62,507 bases of DNA, filler included, from Scyliorhinus canicula (GCF_902713615.1; 6 parts of 6 records of this genome joined end to end with filler, not necessarily neighbours in it), one strand, 5' to 3'. Positions 33,489 through 45,567 are shown, counted from the whole stretch's first letter. The notes: a model not told the origin generated them from the sequence alone. Program-made: numbers and translations.

Positions 33489-35487
33489 AAAAAAAAGAGT
33501 TTGGAGCCTTCTCGGGCTACAAACTCAACATGAGCAAAAGCGAGATCTTCCCAGTACACCAGCAAGAGGGAGGGGGGGGGGGGGGGGCAGCACTAAAGGG
33601 GCTGCCGTTCAAACAAGCCCGACATAAATTGCGCTACCTGGGGATCCAAATAGCCCATGACTGGAAAGGGGTCCACAAATGGAACCTCACCAGCCTGATG
33701 GAGGAAGTAAAAAAGGACCTGCAAAGATGGAACACACTCCCACTCTCCCTCGCGGGGAGAGTCCAGACGATCAAAATGAACGTATTGCCCAGGTTCCTCT
33801 TCCTGTTTAGATCCATTCCGATCTACACCCCTAAGGCCTTCTTCAAAGCGCTGGACAAACTTATCATGGCGTTCGTATGGGGGGCGGGGGGGGGGGGGGG
33901 GTAAAAATGCTAGGATCCCAAAGAAGATCCTACAAAAAACAAAATCCGGGGGGGGCTAGCTCTCCCGAATCTACAATTCTACCACTGGGCGGCAACAGCC
34001 GAGCGAGTAAGGGGATGGATCCAGGAGCCAGAAGCCGAGTGCGTGCGTGCGGAGGAGGCCTCCTACATAGGGACCTCCCTCCGGGCCCTCGCCACGGCAG
34101 CACTCCCATCCCCACCCAAAAAACACTCCACCAGCCCAGTGGTGACAGCCACCCTCCAATTCTGGAACCAACTGCGGCAGCAATTTGGCCTGACCAAAAT
34201 GTCGGACAAGGCTCCCATCTGCAACAACCATAGGTTCACACCAGCACTGACTAACGCCACCTTCAAAAGGTGGAGGCAGGACGGGGGGGGACACTGACAG
34301 TCAGGGACCTACACACGGACGACAGGATCGCAACACTGGACGAACTGACAGAGAAATTTCGGCTAGCTGGGGGGAACGAGCTGCAGTACCTCCAGCTCAA
34401 AAACTTCCTACGAAAGGAGACAAGGACGTACCCACAACCGCCACGACAGACACTACTGGAAGACCTACTGGACGCAAGTATCCTAGAGAAAGGGAACTGT
34501 AGCGACTTGTATGACCGACTGGTAGATAGGGACAACACCGTACTGGACGCAACAAGAAGGAAATGGGAGGACGACCTGGGGATGGAGATAGGATGGGGAC
34601 TCTGGAGCGAAGCACTGCATAGGGTCAACTCCATCTCCACGTGCGCAAGGCTCAGCCTGACGCAACTAAAAGTGGTACATAGAGCCCACTTAATGAGAAA
34701 CCGTATGAGTAGGTTCTTCCCGGAGGTGGAGGACAGATGTGAATGGTGTCAAAGAGGCCCGGCCAACCACGCCCACATGTTCTGGTCTTGCCCCAGACTT
34801 GTGGAGTACTGGACAGCCTTCTTCGAGGCAATGTCCAAAGTGGTGTGGGTGAGGGTGGAGCCATGCCCGATTGTGGCGGTCTTCGTAGTTTCAGACCAGC
34901 CAGATCTATTCCTGGGGAGGAGGGCAGATGCCCTTACCTTTGCCTCCCTGATCGCCCGCCGTAGAATCCTGTTTGGCTGGCGGTCAGCAGCACCACCCAG
35001 AGCTGCAGACTGGCTGTCCGACCTCTCGGAATCTCTCCAAATGGAGAAAATCAAATTCGCCATCCGAGGGTCGGACGACGGCTTCCACAGAACGTGGGAG
35101 CCATTCATGCAATTGTTCCAGGACCTGTTTGTGGCCAACGAACAAGAGGAAGAATAGTCGGGTGGCCAAGAATCAGGGGAAAATGAATGGGAATGGGGGG
35201 AAGGTTGCCGGGGGGGGTTACGGGTTCGTTATGGGGGTTTGATGGCTAGCTAAGGCCCAAAACCAAACTGTAAATAAATGCCTATAAACATGTGCCTCAG
35301 CCACATTGGGGAATGTAAAATATGTATGCCGGCTAAAGGGGGGAGGCCACAGTTATTATTACGAAGATGCTCACCTGTAAATATATATGTTAATTTTTGC
35401 GTGTTCTTTTTTTTCTCTCTCTAACAATTTTTAATTTGTTCAATATAAAACATGAAAACTGAATAAAAAACATTTATTAAAAAAAAG
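33489..35487 (+). mobile_element. 5'-truncated L1/Tx1-type LINE with poly(A) tail and TSD
   Basis: ORF2 C-terminal motifs RYLGIQI, LPLSLAGRV..IKMNVLPRFLFLF and CEWC..GPANHAHMFWSC. AATAAA and an A tail are at the 3' end. The TSD is CATAATTT (33481-33488 and 35488-35495). Empty sites are seen in the homologous regions near 17060 and 60350. Confidence 0.92.
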
Positions 35488-36959
35488 CATAATTTTTTTA
35501 GCACTTTGTCCCTCTTATCCGTCTGCTGAAACTGATTCCCCATAATCTAAATCCAGATTGGTGATTGAATTCTCCCTGAGTTTTCACTGTTCTCCCCTGA
35601 GCCTCCTCCTTGTACTTTTGCATTCGGTCACCTGATGTCAGCTTGCAACTCAGACAAAACACATTTATAAGCAGAAAGTTCAACATATTCTACATCGGTA
35701 TCAATAATACTCTCAACTGGTAAAGCTACAGGCAGCTGATGCAAATATACAGACAAACAGACACAGCCACTACACACACATGCACACAGACCCACAAACA
35801 CACACACGCTCACACGTAGACACAAACACACACATGGACACACACATAGAAACACATGCATAAACATACACCCAGGCACAACGAACCACACATATTTTGA
35901 CACAAAACACACGCAAACGTGCGCAAAAATTCACAAACATGCACATAAACACAAACAAACCCACATTTATACAGAGACAGACACACGTGCACATCCACAC
36001 ATACACACACTAATCCACACACACAAGCGGCTACACAAATGTACACAAACAGACATATACAACCACATGTCCACACACATACACAAACATATAAAACCAG
36101 ACAAGCAGGCTGACAGAAGAATATTAAACACAAATGTAACCAATAACATGTACATTAGCAGAATTTCACGATGACAGAAATATTTCCATTCAGAGACAAT
36201 AATCCACATTAACACACTAATGGGCTCGCGCAGACACATATTAGCCAACTTGTAAACACGCTAACACGAACACATATGAATACACATAGAGTCATCAATA
36301 CACATCAATAGATAGTTATAAGCAACCACCAACGCATAAATAGCACTGCTGCCTCTCAGCACCATAAACCCGGGTTCAATTCCAGACTTGGGTGACTGTG
36401 TGGTGTTCCCACGTTCTCCAGTGTCTGTTCCTGTTTCCTCCGAGTCTCCGGTTTCCTCCCACAGTCCAAAGATGTGCAGGTTCGGTGGGTTGGCCACGCT
36501 ATATTACCCCTTAATGACCACAACGTTAGGTGGGGTTACCAGGTTCTGGGGACAGGGCAGGGGCATGCGTCCAGGTAGGGTGCTCTTTCGGAGGGTCGGT
36601 GCAGACTCAATAGGCCGAATAGCCTCGTTCGGCACAGTCGGGATTATCCGATGATGATTCTATGATGAATTACACGCATCAACAAACACATACACACACA
36701 AAGGTACTTATTCAGACACAAACATTAAGACACTGACATGCATGTTGAACGTATAAAGACACATTAACACTTTTATTACTGGGCAGGGAAGAATAAACTT
36801 ATATTAACACAGACATTAATATATAAACATAGACTTCAACACACAAACACACACAATAAAACACTCATATATACACATTAACTTAAGATAAATTTACACA
36901 CAGGCGCTGACACACAAATCAATACTCATTGACACATGAACACACAATGACACTTATTT

Positions 36960-37180
36960 TTTTTTAAATTTAGGGTAGCCAATTATTTTTTCCAATTAAG
37001 GGGCAATTTAGCATGGCCAATCCACCTAACCTGCACGTCTTTGGGGTGTGGGGGTGAAACCCACGCAGACACGGGGAGAACGTGCAGACTCCACACGGAC
37101 AGTGACCCAGAGCCGGGATTCGATCTCGGGTCCTCAGCCGTAGGCAGCAATGCTAACCACTGTGCCACCGTGCTGCCCTA
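36960..37180 (-). mobile_element. Shark tRNA-derived SINE (representative of many copies, e.g. ~21840, 36340, 37290, 39350, 41700, 42720, 43900, 58920, 61490, 62130)
   Basis: Shared core (ccaattaaggggcaatttagcatggccaatccacctaacctgcacgtctttggg...gacagtgaccc) with tRNA-like A/B boxes in the head. Confidence 0.85.
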
Positions 37181-37622
37181 CAATGACACTTATAAAGACA
37201 TCGGGACACACAAATGAAGAGTAAAGAAACACGAATTTCGCATCTACACAGACACAAAAGCTAAAGAACAAACACAAACGTCAGGCAAGGGCGGCATGGT
37301 GACGCAATGGTTAGCACTGCTGCCTCACGATCCCGCTCCTGGGTCTGTGTCCCTGTGGACTTTCCCCGTGACCCGTGGGTCTCACCTCCGACAACCCAAT
37401 GATGTGCAGGCTAGGTGGATTGGCCAGGCTAACTTGCCCCTTAATTGGAAGAAAAAAGTTACTGAGATCGATTTCTGAGTGTCATGAACTCAACAGTAGA
37501 TATGCAATGACAAATATATTAAAGAATGAATTAGCAGCGGGAGAAAATGAAACGAGAATATTAAAAACAAAACGTGTATTAACTAACAATCTGATTATAT
37601 TTATTTGGCTCTATCCTCGTAG

Positions 37623-37750
37623 ATTCCACAGACCACACCTGGACTGAAGACAATGAGGATGATAACGGGAACATCTGGACAACCGCTTCCACATTCATCA
37701 CCCTGTTCTTCCTGAGCATTTCCTACAGCGCTGCAGTCACTCTGGTGAAG
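37623..37750 (+). CDS. IGHM: IgM transmembrane exon TM1
   Basis: TAG acceptor and GTGAGA donor. (D)STDHTWTEDNEDDNGNIWTTASTFITLFFLSISYSAAVTLVK contains the conserved antigen-receptor TM motif. Confidence 0.95.
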
Positions 37751-37890
37751 GTGAGAAGATTCAATCCACTCACACTTCAAACTGACAGAAGGCGTTTAAA
37801 ACATCTCTAAATGTTTGATTGATTAAAAACTCTAACATCAATGTCCCAAATCATAAATATCTGCTTCATTATTTTCTCTCTCTTTTACAG

Positions 37891-37899
37891 ATCAAGTGA
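37891..37899 (+). CDS. IGHM: IgM TM2 exon (IK-stop)
   Basis: Strong pyrimidine tract + CAG, then ATC AAG TGA. This gives a KIK cytoplasmic tail. Confidence 0.85.
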   Translation: MK

Positions 37900-38136
37900 T
37901 CGGTTGACGTTCGGATGCTGTAGATTTTCCTCAGCTGTTTATTATGATCTGTGTGTGACAGAAATACAATATCTCCTCTTGGTGACTCTAACAGTAAAAT
38001 TCTCTCAGTTTATTATTCTGCATCTGTAACTGAGACAATCATGGACAGTATTTCTGCTTTTCAGTTTAAAATGTACCAGATAATTTTGGCTGTAATGTAA
38101 TTGTAGTTAATAATTTCTCTCAATGTCATGTCTAAA

Positions 38137-38351
38137 TAAGAAGTCTTACAACACCAGGTTAAAGTCCAACAGGTTTGTTTCAAACACGAGCTTTCGGAGC
38201 ACGGCTCCTTCTTCAGGTGAATCTTCAGGATTCACCTGAAGAAGGAGCCGTGCTCCGAAAGCTCGTGTTTGAAACAAACCTGTTGGACTTTAACCTGGTG
38301 TTGTAAGACTTCTTACTGTGCTCACCCCAGTCCAACGCCGGCATCTCCACA
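38137..38351. mobile_element. Penelope-like inverted pseudo-LTR remnant (87-bp arm palindrome)
   Basis: Arms 38137-38223 and 38229-38315 are reverse complements around a 5-nt loop. A 15-bp direct repeat TCATGTCTAAATAAG flanks the element (38126-38140 and 38352-38366). Confidence 0.8.
38233..38267 (+). ncRNA. Minimal type I hammerhead ribozyme motif (mirror copy on - at 38185-38219)
   Basis: CAC-CTGAAGA-A-GGAGC/CGT/GCTCC-GAAA-GCTC-GTG: catalytic core, 5-bp stem II, palindromic AGCT stem III and 3-bp stem I (CAC/GTG). The predicted cut is after C38264. Confidence 0.65.
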
Positions 38352-38534
38352 TCATGTCTAAATAAGTAACTTACCTCGGATCTTATTCACAACTCTTGCC
38401 TTCCCTTTATGTTGAGTTCCTGTTGTCTCTTTCTTGTGCCTGTTACAGTTGTACATACATTTGGCAGCTCAGAGGGCATGCGTTCTGTTCTCAGTGTGAC
38501 CCTCAATCGTTATGTTCCCTTTTGTAAACATCAA

Positions 38535-38540
38535 AATAAA
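38535..38540 (+). terminator. Candidate poly(A) signal of membrane IgM
   Basis: First AATAAA found after the TM2 stop, followed by GT/T-rich sequence. Confidence 0.55.
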
Positions 38541-38979
38541 CCTTTGTGTCATATTTTTTCTGAAATTTTAATAAATACTGAATGAAAAATGAAGAAAATA
38601 AGACTAATCTGAACTCCTTTCGCTAAGGTCCATCGGCACTGATCCATTTCTCCGATTATACAGTTGTCTCCCCTTTCCCAGACAGATATTTCTCACCAGA
38701 CCTGGCTGGGATGTGTCTGAACTCAGTGAAAGAGCGACTGCGCCACCAAGCGGCCCATCCGGGTTAAGACACCTTCACCTTTGACCTTTTACGGTAAACA
38801 CCAGAGAGAGAATGGTTGCACAGCTGAAGAATTCCACTGATTCACTCCCCTCTGATGGAAGAAATGTCTCCTCACCTCTGTCCTAAATTTGAACCCCTTC
38901 CTCTGAGATTATGCCTCTGGCCCTAGACTCTCCCACAAGAGGAAACAAGATGATTTTTCAGGCTGTGTACATGGTTAAA

Positions 38980-39250
38980 GCTCTTTCCACAGTCAGTTCA
39001 CTGGAACACTCCCACTCAGACGTGTGTGTGTCTCGGGGCGTTTCCCGTCACACTGATGTTTGAAATCTCTTCCCACAGTCAGAACAGACAAACACATTGA
39101 CAGTTTGTGATATTTAGATCCTAATGAATTGAGTGACTGTCAGATCTTGATGTTATATTTGATTCGAGTTTCCCAGCTGCCAATCCTCACGTTCTAATGC
39201 CTGAAAAAGAAGTTTACAAAAATGATCACTATAAGAACAGGGTAGAAATT
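38980..39250 (-). pseudogene. C2H2 zinc-finger gene remnant
   Basis: The minus frame CSDCGKRFQTSV* is followed by frameshifted finger sequence. Confidence 0.55.
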
Positions 39251-40269
39251 CACAACAGATCATTCTAGTTTCTATCGAACCTTCTTTCCTCTCTTGCTTT
39301 TCCCAAGCATGTGGTCCAGTCAAAATAAATGACCAAAATTAGCAAGTCCCAACAAAAGTGTCACTGCCTGTGCGGAGTCTGCCTGTTCCCACCCTGTCTG
39401 CATGGGTTTCCTCCGGGTGCTCCGGCTTCCTCCCACAGTCCAAAGATGTGCAGGTTAGGTGGATTGGCCATGTTAAATTGACCTTACGTTAGATGGGGTT
39501 GCAGGATTACAGGGATAGGGTGGAGGTGTAGTCTTAAGTAGGGTGCTATTTCCAAGAGCTGGTACAGACTCGATGGTCCAATTGGCCTCCTTCTGCACTG
39601 TAAATTCTATGATTGTATCTCTATGTATTGAACAATCCAGGGAGGTAGGAGAGAGGCAGGGAAAGGAGAGCCGGAAAGAAGGTGCGGGATGCAATAATGA
39701 ACATGGTATCTCCAGGAGTAGGGAACGAGGAGAATAAAGACGAAAGACAGGAGCAACGGCAGAAGCGGAGGTGAGCGCAAGACGGCAGCGAGATCCGTCC
39801 GGGAGAAGCAAGCGACAACACCAACACCAAACCCATTCGAGTATTGCCCACTGTAATTGTTTCTCCGGCACCCGAATGTATATTTACCTCCCCAATCTCT
39901 CCCCCCTCCCCTCCCCCCCCCCACCCCACGCCCGCCCGCCCGCAAACAGTCGCTTACTTATGTGTTGTAAATAATTTTGCCAGGTGTACCAAGTTGCTGC
40001 TGTTGAGCTGGTGCACAATACCCTACCAGTTATTCTATTTTATTTTTTATTGTATTTTTAAAAAATATTCACTATTTTCTTTTCTTTGGTATGTTGGGGT
40101 GTGTCCTTCTCTTCTATACATGTGTGTGTGTGTGTATATATATATATATGTTTCTTATCCTGTGTACATAACGGTAAATATACTTTGTTCAAAAACCCAA
40201 CAAAAAACATTTACCAAAAAAAATGTATTGAACAATCAGCGAGTCAGCCTGAAATCTGCCTCACAATGC

Positions 40270-40660
40270 CCGGGTGATTGACGGCAGCTCCAGACCAATA
40301 GGAAGAGGAGGGGCGGTACTGGAGGGCAGAACGGGAGCGGCTGGTCCTCCAACCAATCGGAGTGAATAAGGGGCGGGGCACCGCTGTGATTGAAGCATGC
40401 GCAGTGTAGGTAATGGCGATGCAGAAGGATGTCTTTTTCAGATCGGAAATCGGTATGAGGCGTTTAACAATATGGAGGGAGCGAGAGATCGCGGGGGCGG
40501 GCGGAAACGTTGGTTAAAGTTGTTGCAATCGCAAACCTCTGAAAGGTTTACGGGACCCAGTTTGTACGGAGCGGAGCTGCAGCTCCTCATCTTCGGCTCG
40601 GGTTAACGGCCGCCATCTTTATTGGATGTGCATCAGGGCGCATGCGCGTTTCTCATCTTT
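40270..40660. promoter_or_regulatory. GC-rich housekeeping-type promoter motifs
   Basis: Two CCAAT boxes, GGGGCGG boxes, GCATGCGCA (NRF1-like) and GCCGCCATCTTT (YY1-like). Possibly the promoter of a zinc-finger gene. Confidence 0.5.
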
Positions 40661-42213
40661 GTTAGGCAGATGTTTCACTGAGTGGGAGGGGCTTGTTCCC
40701 CATTGTTCAGAATGGAGACAACTTGTCCATCAAACTGGATTAGTCTTTCAGTCCCAATGTCTTATTGATGATGCAAAGCGGTGGCAGAGATGGAAAGAAA
40801 AGGAAGCCAATCCTGCTCTCCAGATTTCGCTGTCTCATTGTCCATCCTGCCCAATGTGTCCAAAGCTCTGTGGCCCTGTTCAGCCACATGAAGACCCAGG
40901 GCAGAAACTCACAACCCTAAGTCAGCATGACCCTCAAATCAGGGGACTGCTGATGACGAGGGTCAGCGGGGCGGGGGGCGAGGCGGCATGAGTGGTAATC
41001 CTGGACCAAGGAGCAGGAAGAGAGGTCATTGTGAATTTCTATACTGAACTGACTAATTGATTTTGGAAACTCCTTTTATAGGGGATTAGTCGGGGAGGAT
41101 TTACACACAGCAAACTCAAACCAGGAGACATGTTTATCTTTCCTGAATTTTATTTCTGGACTGACAGTGATGCCTTTGTAAACTTCTTTCACAGGGACTT
41201 AGAAAGGGACAGGAAACGCACAACCAATCCTCATATCAAATTCTGACAGCACTTTTCTGGTGATCAGGACCTGGAGATTATTGACCTTTCGGTGTAAGCA
41301 TTGAGTTCAAATCATTACCACACTGTGTAAATTTTCTTCCTCATATCTCCCCTGTAGATCTTGCTCACAATCTTAAATCTGTGTCCCATAATCCTTTTAC
41401 AATCTGCTATTGAACAGCTTTTCTTTATCTTTTGCTGGGTTTGCCGTTGTCATTTCCGGTGCCTGGGTCGCTGCCGGGAGGTCCGTCCGGTTTCATTCCC
41501 TTTTCCTGTTTTTGTAGCGGTTGAATGGGCTTGGACCAGTTCATTTAAGATCCAGAAAACAGTTGAAATCTCCTCCAAGAATTAATTGATGTGTATCCAT
41601 GTATGGGGGAACAATTCTTTTTACAAATGCCACATTGTCCTAGTTAGGGGCATAGCCATTCACCAGCATCACCAATGTACCCGCCAACCACCCACTGACC
41701 ACCGTGGTTATATTGCTGCCTCACGGCACCGGGATCCCAGGTTCGGGTCACTGTGTGGAGTTTGCACATTCTCCCCGTGTTTGCCTTGGTTTCGGCTCCA
41801 CAACCCAAAGATGTCCAGGGTAGGTGGATTGGCCATGCTAAATTGCCCGTCAATTGGAAAAAATGAATTGGGCACTCGAAATTCATATTTAAAAAAAACA
41901 TTAACACTGCAATGAAGTTACTGTGAAAAGCCCCTGGTCGCCACATTATAGTGCCTGTTTGGGTACACAGAGGGAGAATTCAGAATGTCCAAATGACTTA
42001 ACAGCATGTCTTTCGTGACTAGTGAGATTAAACCAGAGCACCCGGAGGAAACCCACATAGACACAGGGAGAACATGCACACTCCGCACAGACAGTGACCC
42101 AAGCCAGGAATCGCACCTGGGATCCTGAAGCTGTGAAGCAACAGTGTTACCCACTGTGCTACAGTTACTACCCCTTAAAACATTTTGCTTGGCCAACAGA
42201 AAACATTATCAAA

Positions 42214-42303
42214 GGGCTTGTCCGGGATTTGAACCCGGGGCCTCCCGCAAATTTCGAAACCAAAACACCCGATGCGAGAATCATACTCCCAGACCAATGA
42301 GCC
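42214..42303 (-). pseudogene. Full-length intron-containing tRNA-Pro(CGG), probably a pseudogene
   Basis: GGCTCATTGGTCTGGGAGTATGATTCTCGCATCGGG + 18-nt insert TGTTTTGGTTTCGAAATT (42267-42250) + TGCGGGAGGCCCCGGGTTCAAATCCCGGACAAGCCC. It has two acceptor-stem mismatches and A at position 32. Confidence 0.85.
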
Positions 42304-42489
42304 CCTCAATGAAGGCAGTCGCCTCCTCTGGAGTCTCAAAATTAAAGTCTTTGGACTCATCTGCAACTCATAGCTTTGCTGGGTAAACCACCCCGAATGG
42401 AACTCCTTTCCTCGATAGAGCAGCCTGAACCTTATTAAAGGCCGCTCGCTTCCTCACCAGCTCGGCTCCCACATCCTGGTAAATCCTCA

Positions 42490-43110
42490 CTAGGATAACT
42501 GAGTGAATCCCTTCCCACACTTAGAACAGGCGAATGGTCTGTCGCGGGTGTGACGGTGATGATGAATTTCCAACTCACATGGAGATCTGAATCCCTTCCC
42601 ACAGTCCCCACATTTCCATGGTTTCAGCATGCTGCTGGTGTCCTTGTCCCTCTCCAAGTTTGACGATCAGTTGAACTCAAGTGTGTGTGTATCGGGTCTT
42701 TTTTCAGTAACGCTGATCTTTTTAAAAAATAAATTTAGAGTATCCATTTTTTTTTTCCAATTAAGGGGCAATTTAGCATGTCCAATCCACCTACCCTGCA
42801 CATCTTTGGGTTGTGGGGCTGAAACGCACGCAAACACAGGGAGAATGTGCAAACTCCACACGGACAGTGACCCAGGGCCGAGATCGAACCTGGGACCTCG
42901 GCACCATGAGGCAGCAGTCCCAGTCACACTGATGTTGAAAATCTTTTCTTACAGACAGAGCAGACAACATTTCTTCGTCTACATTCACAGGCTAATGATA
43001 TTCAGGTCCTGATGAATGGAGTGACTCTGTTAAATCTTGCTGTGAAGTTTGATTTGAGTTTCCATTTGTAAATTCTCCCCTTGTAATATCCTGTAAGAGG
43101 AGTTTATAAA
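42490..43110 (-). pseudogene. C2H2 zinc-finger pseudogene interrupted by a SINE (~42720-42918)
   Basis: Minus frame KPWKCGDCGKGFRSPCELEIHHHRHTRDRPFACSKCGKGFTQLS*. Confidence 0.8.
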
Positions 43111-43119
43111 AGTTTTCCT

Positions 43120-45250
43120 GTGGTAACAAATTCCACGGGCTCACCACTCTCTAGTTGAAGAAATTTCTCCTCATCTCTGTCTAAATGGTCTCCCCCGTAT
43201 CCTCAGATTGCGACCTCTGGTTCTGTACACTCCCACCATCGGGAAAATCTTTCCTGCATCTACCTTGTTAAGTCCTGTTCGAATATTATAGGTTTCTATG
43301 AGATCCCCCTCATTCTTCTGAACTCCAGCGAATACAAACCTAACTGATTCAATCTCTCATACGTCAGTCCCACCATCCCAGGAATCAGTCTGGTAAACGC
43401 TCGCTGCACTCCCTCTAGAGCAAGAACATCCTTCCTCAGATAAGGAGACCAAAATTGCACACAATATTCCAGATATGGCCTCGCCACGGCCCTGTGTAAT
43501 AATAGCAAGATATTCCTGCTCCTGTACTCGAATCCGCTCGCAATGAAGGCTAGCATACCATTTGCCTTATTTACCGCCTGCTGTAGCTGCATGCTTACCT
43601 TCAGTGACTGGTGTACGAGGATACCCAGGTCTCGTTGCACATTCCCCGCCTCTCCTAATCTATGGCCGTTCAGATAATAGTCTGCCTTCTCATTTTTGGT
43701 ACCAATGTGGATAACCTCGCATTTCTCCAAATTATACTGCATCTGCCATTCATTTGCTCACTCACTCAACTTGTCCAAATCACACTGAAGGATCTCTGCA
43801 TCCTCTTCACGGCTCACCCTCCCAAGCAACTTGTGTGATCTGTAAATTTGGAGATATTGCATTTTGTTCCCTCATCTAAGTTGTTAATATATAAGTGGCA
43901 CAGCTGCCTCATGGTGCTGAGGATCAGGGTTCAGTCATGCCTGGGTCACTGTCTGTGTGCAGTCAAGTTCTCGACTTTGCATGGGTCTCACCCCCATAAC
44001 CCCAAAGATGTGCAGTGGAGGGGAACTGGCCACGCTAAATTACCACTTCATTGCAAAAATAGAATTGGGTACTTTAAATTTGAAAAGAAAAATCATTTAT
44101 ATATCTTGTGAATATCTGGGCCCAGGCACCGATCCCTGCGGTACCCCACTAGCCACTGCCTGCCAATTTGAAAAGGATCCATTAATTCCTCCTCTTTGTT
44201 TCCTGTCTGCCAGTCAGTTTTTTATCCATCTCAAGAGACGACCCCTAATCCCATGTGCTTTCATTTTACACACTAATATCTTATGCAGGAATAAGTCGAA
44301 AGCCATCTGAAAGTCCAAATATACCACATCCACTGGCTCTCCCTCGTCAACTCTACCAGTTACACCCTTGAAGAATTCCAGTAGATTTGTCAAGCATGAT
44401 TTCCCCTTAATAAATGCATGCTGATTCTGTCCGATCCTGCCACTGGTTTCTAAGTGCTTTTCTTTAAAATCTTTGATAATGGATTCTAAAATTTGCCCCA
44501 CTGCCGATGTCAGGCTTTCTGGTCTATAATTCCCTGTTTTGTCTCGAGCTCCCTATTTAAATAGTGAGTTACATAAGCCACCCTCCAATGTTCAGGAATT
44601 GTTCCAGAGTCTATAGAATCCTGGAAGATGACCACCAATGCATCCATTATTTCTAGAACCACTTCCTTAAGTACTTTGGGACACAGATTATCAGGCCCTG
44701 GGGATTTATCAGCCTCCAATCCCATCAATTTCCCCAACACAATTTCTCGAATATTGATCTCCTTTAGTTCCTTCCTCTCACTAAATCCTGCGTTCCCCAA
44801 CATTTCTAGCATCTAATTTGTGAAGCCAGAAGCAAAGTATGTATTTATTTGCTCAGCCATTTCTTTGTCCCCTATTATACATTCCCCTGTTTCTGACTGA
44901 AAGGAACCTACATTTGTCTTCACCGATCTTTTTCTCTTCACATACCGACAGAAACTTATACAATCAGCCTAATTTCCTGTTTTGTGCCATTCCCAACATC
45001 ACCACTGCAGTTTGGGGGTCTATATAAGATGCCCACTAATGTTTTTTGCCCCTTGGTGTTTCTCAGCTCTACCCATACAGACTCCACATTGTCGGAGCTA
45101 ATATCCTTCCTCACTATTGCATTAATTTCCTCTTTAACCAGCACTGCCACTCCATTGCCTTTTCCTTTTTGTCTGTCCTTCCTAAATACTGAAGATATTC
45201 AGTTCCCACCCCTGGTCATCCTGCAGCCATGTCTCCATAATCCTGATTAT
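43120..45250 (-). mobile_element. CR1 LINE ORF2 fragment with a nested SINE (~43900-44090)
   Basis: ORFs 43296..43742, 44214..44501, 44510..44812 and 44956..45150 carry CR1 EN/RT motifs (KSPGPD, QHAFIKGKSCLTNLLEFF, PYLEYCVQFWSP). Confidence 0.9.
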
Positions 45251-45279
45251 CTCACACCCGCTTACATCTATTTACACAA

Positions 45280-45411
45280 TTCACTCGGTTATGCCGTCTG
45301 CAGTCACACCTGGGAGTTCACACTGGGGAGAGGCCGTTCACCTGCTCTCAATGTGCGAAGGGATTTTCTAATTCATCGCACTTTCTGAGACACCAACAAG
45401 TTCACAACTGA
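45280..45411 (+). pseudogene. Terminal C2H2 zinc fingers
   Basis: [43 protein letters not shown] with a TGERPF linker. The upstream part is replaced by the CR1. Confidence 0.8.
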
Positions 45412-45567
45412 TTACAGGGATTGGATTCTGCTGTTATTGTTTCTGTTCTCAATTACATCCAGGACTGCATTTTGTTCATTCTGTTGGTCAGTGGGGACGG
45501 TCAGAGGGTTTCTTTCTGCTGGACTGGCCGGTCTCATGGCTTCTCCCCCAGTGGGCTGATTCTCTCT

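Noticed and set aside
33567-33905. Frameshifts at long G runs in the L1 as programmed frameshifting
   Set aside because: Homopolymer length errors or slippage in a dead, truncated copy are the simpler explanation.
35628-36133. Cys/Val-rich ORFs in CA/GT tracts (also 16413-16870 and 60553-61097)
   Set aside because: They are translations of degenerate dinucleotide repeats.
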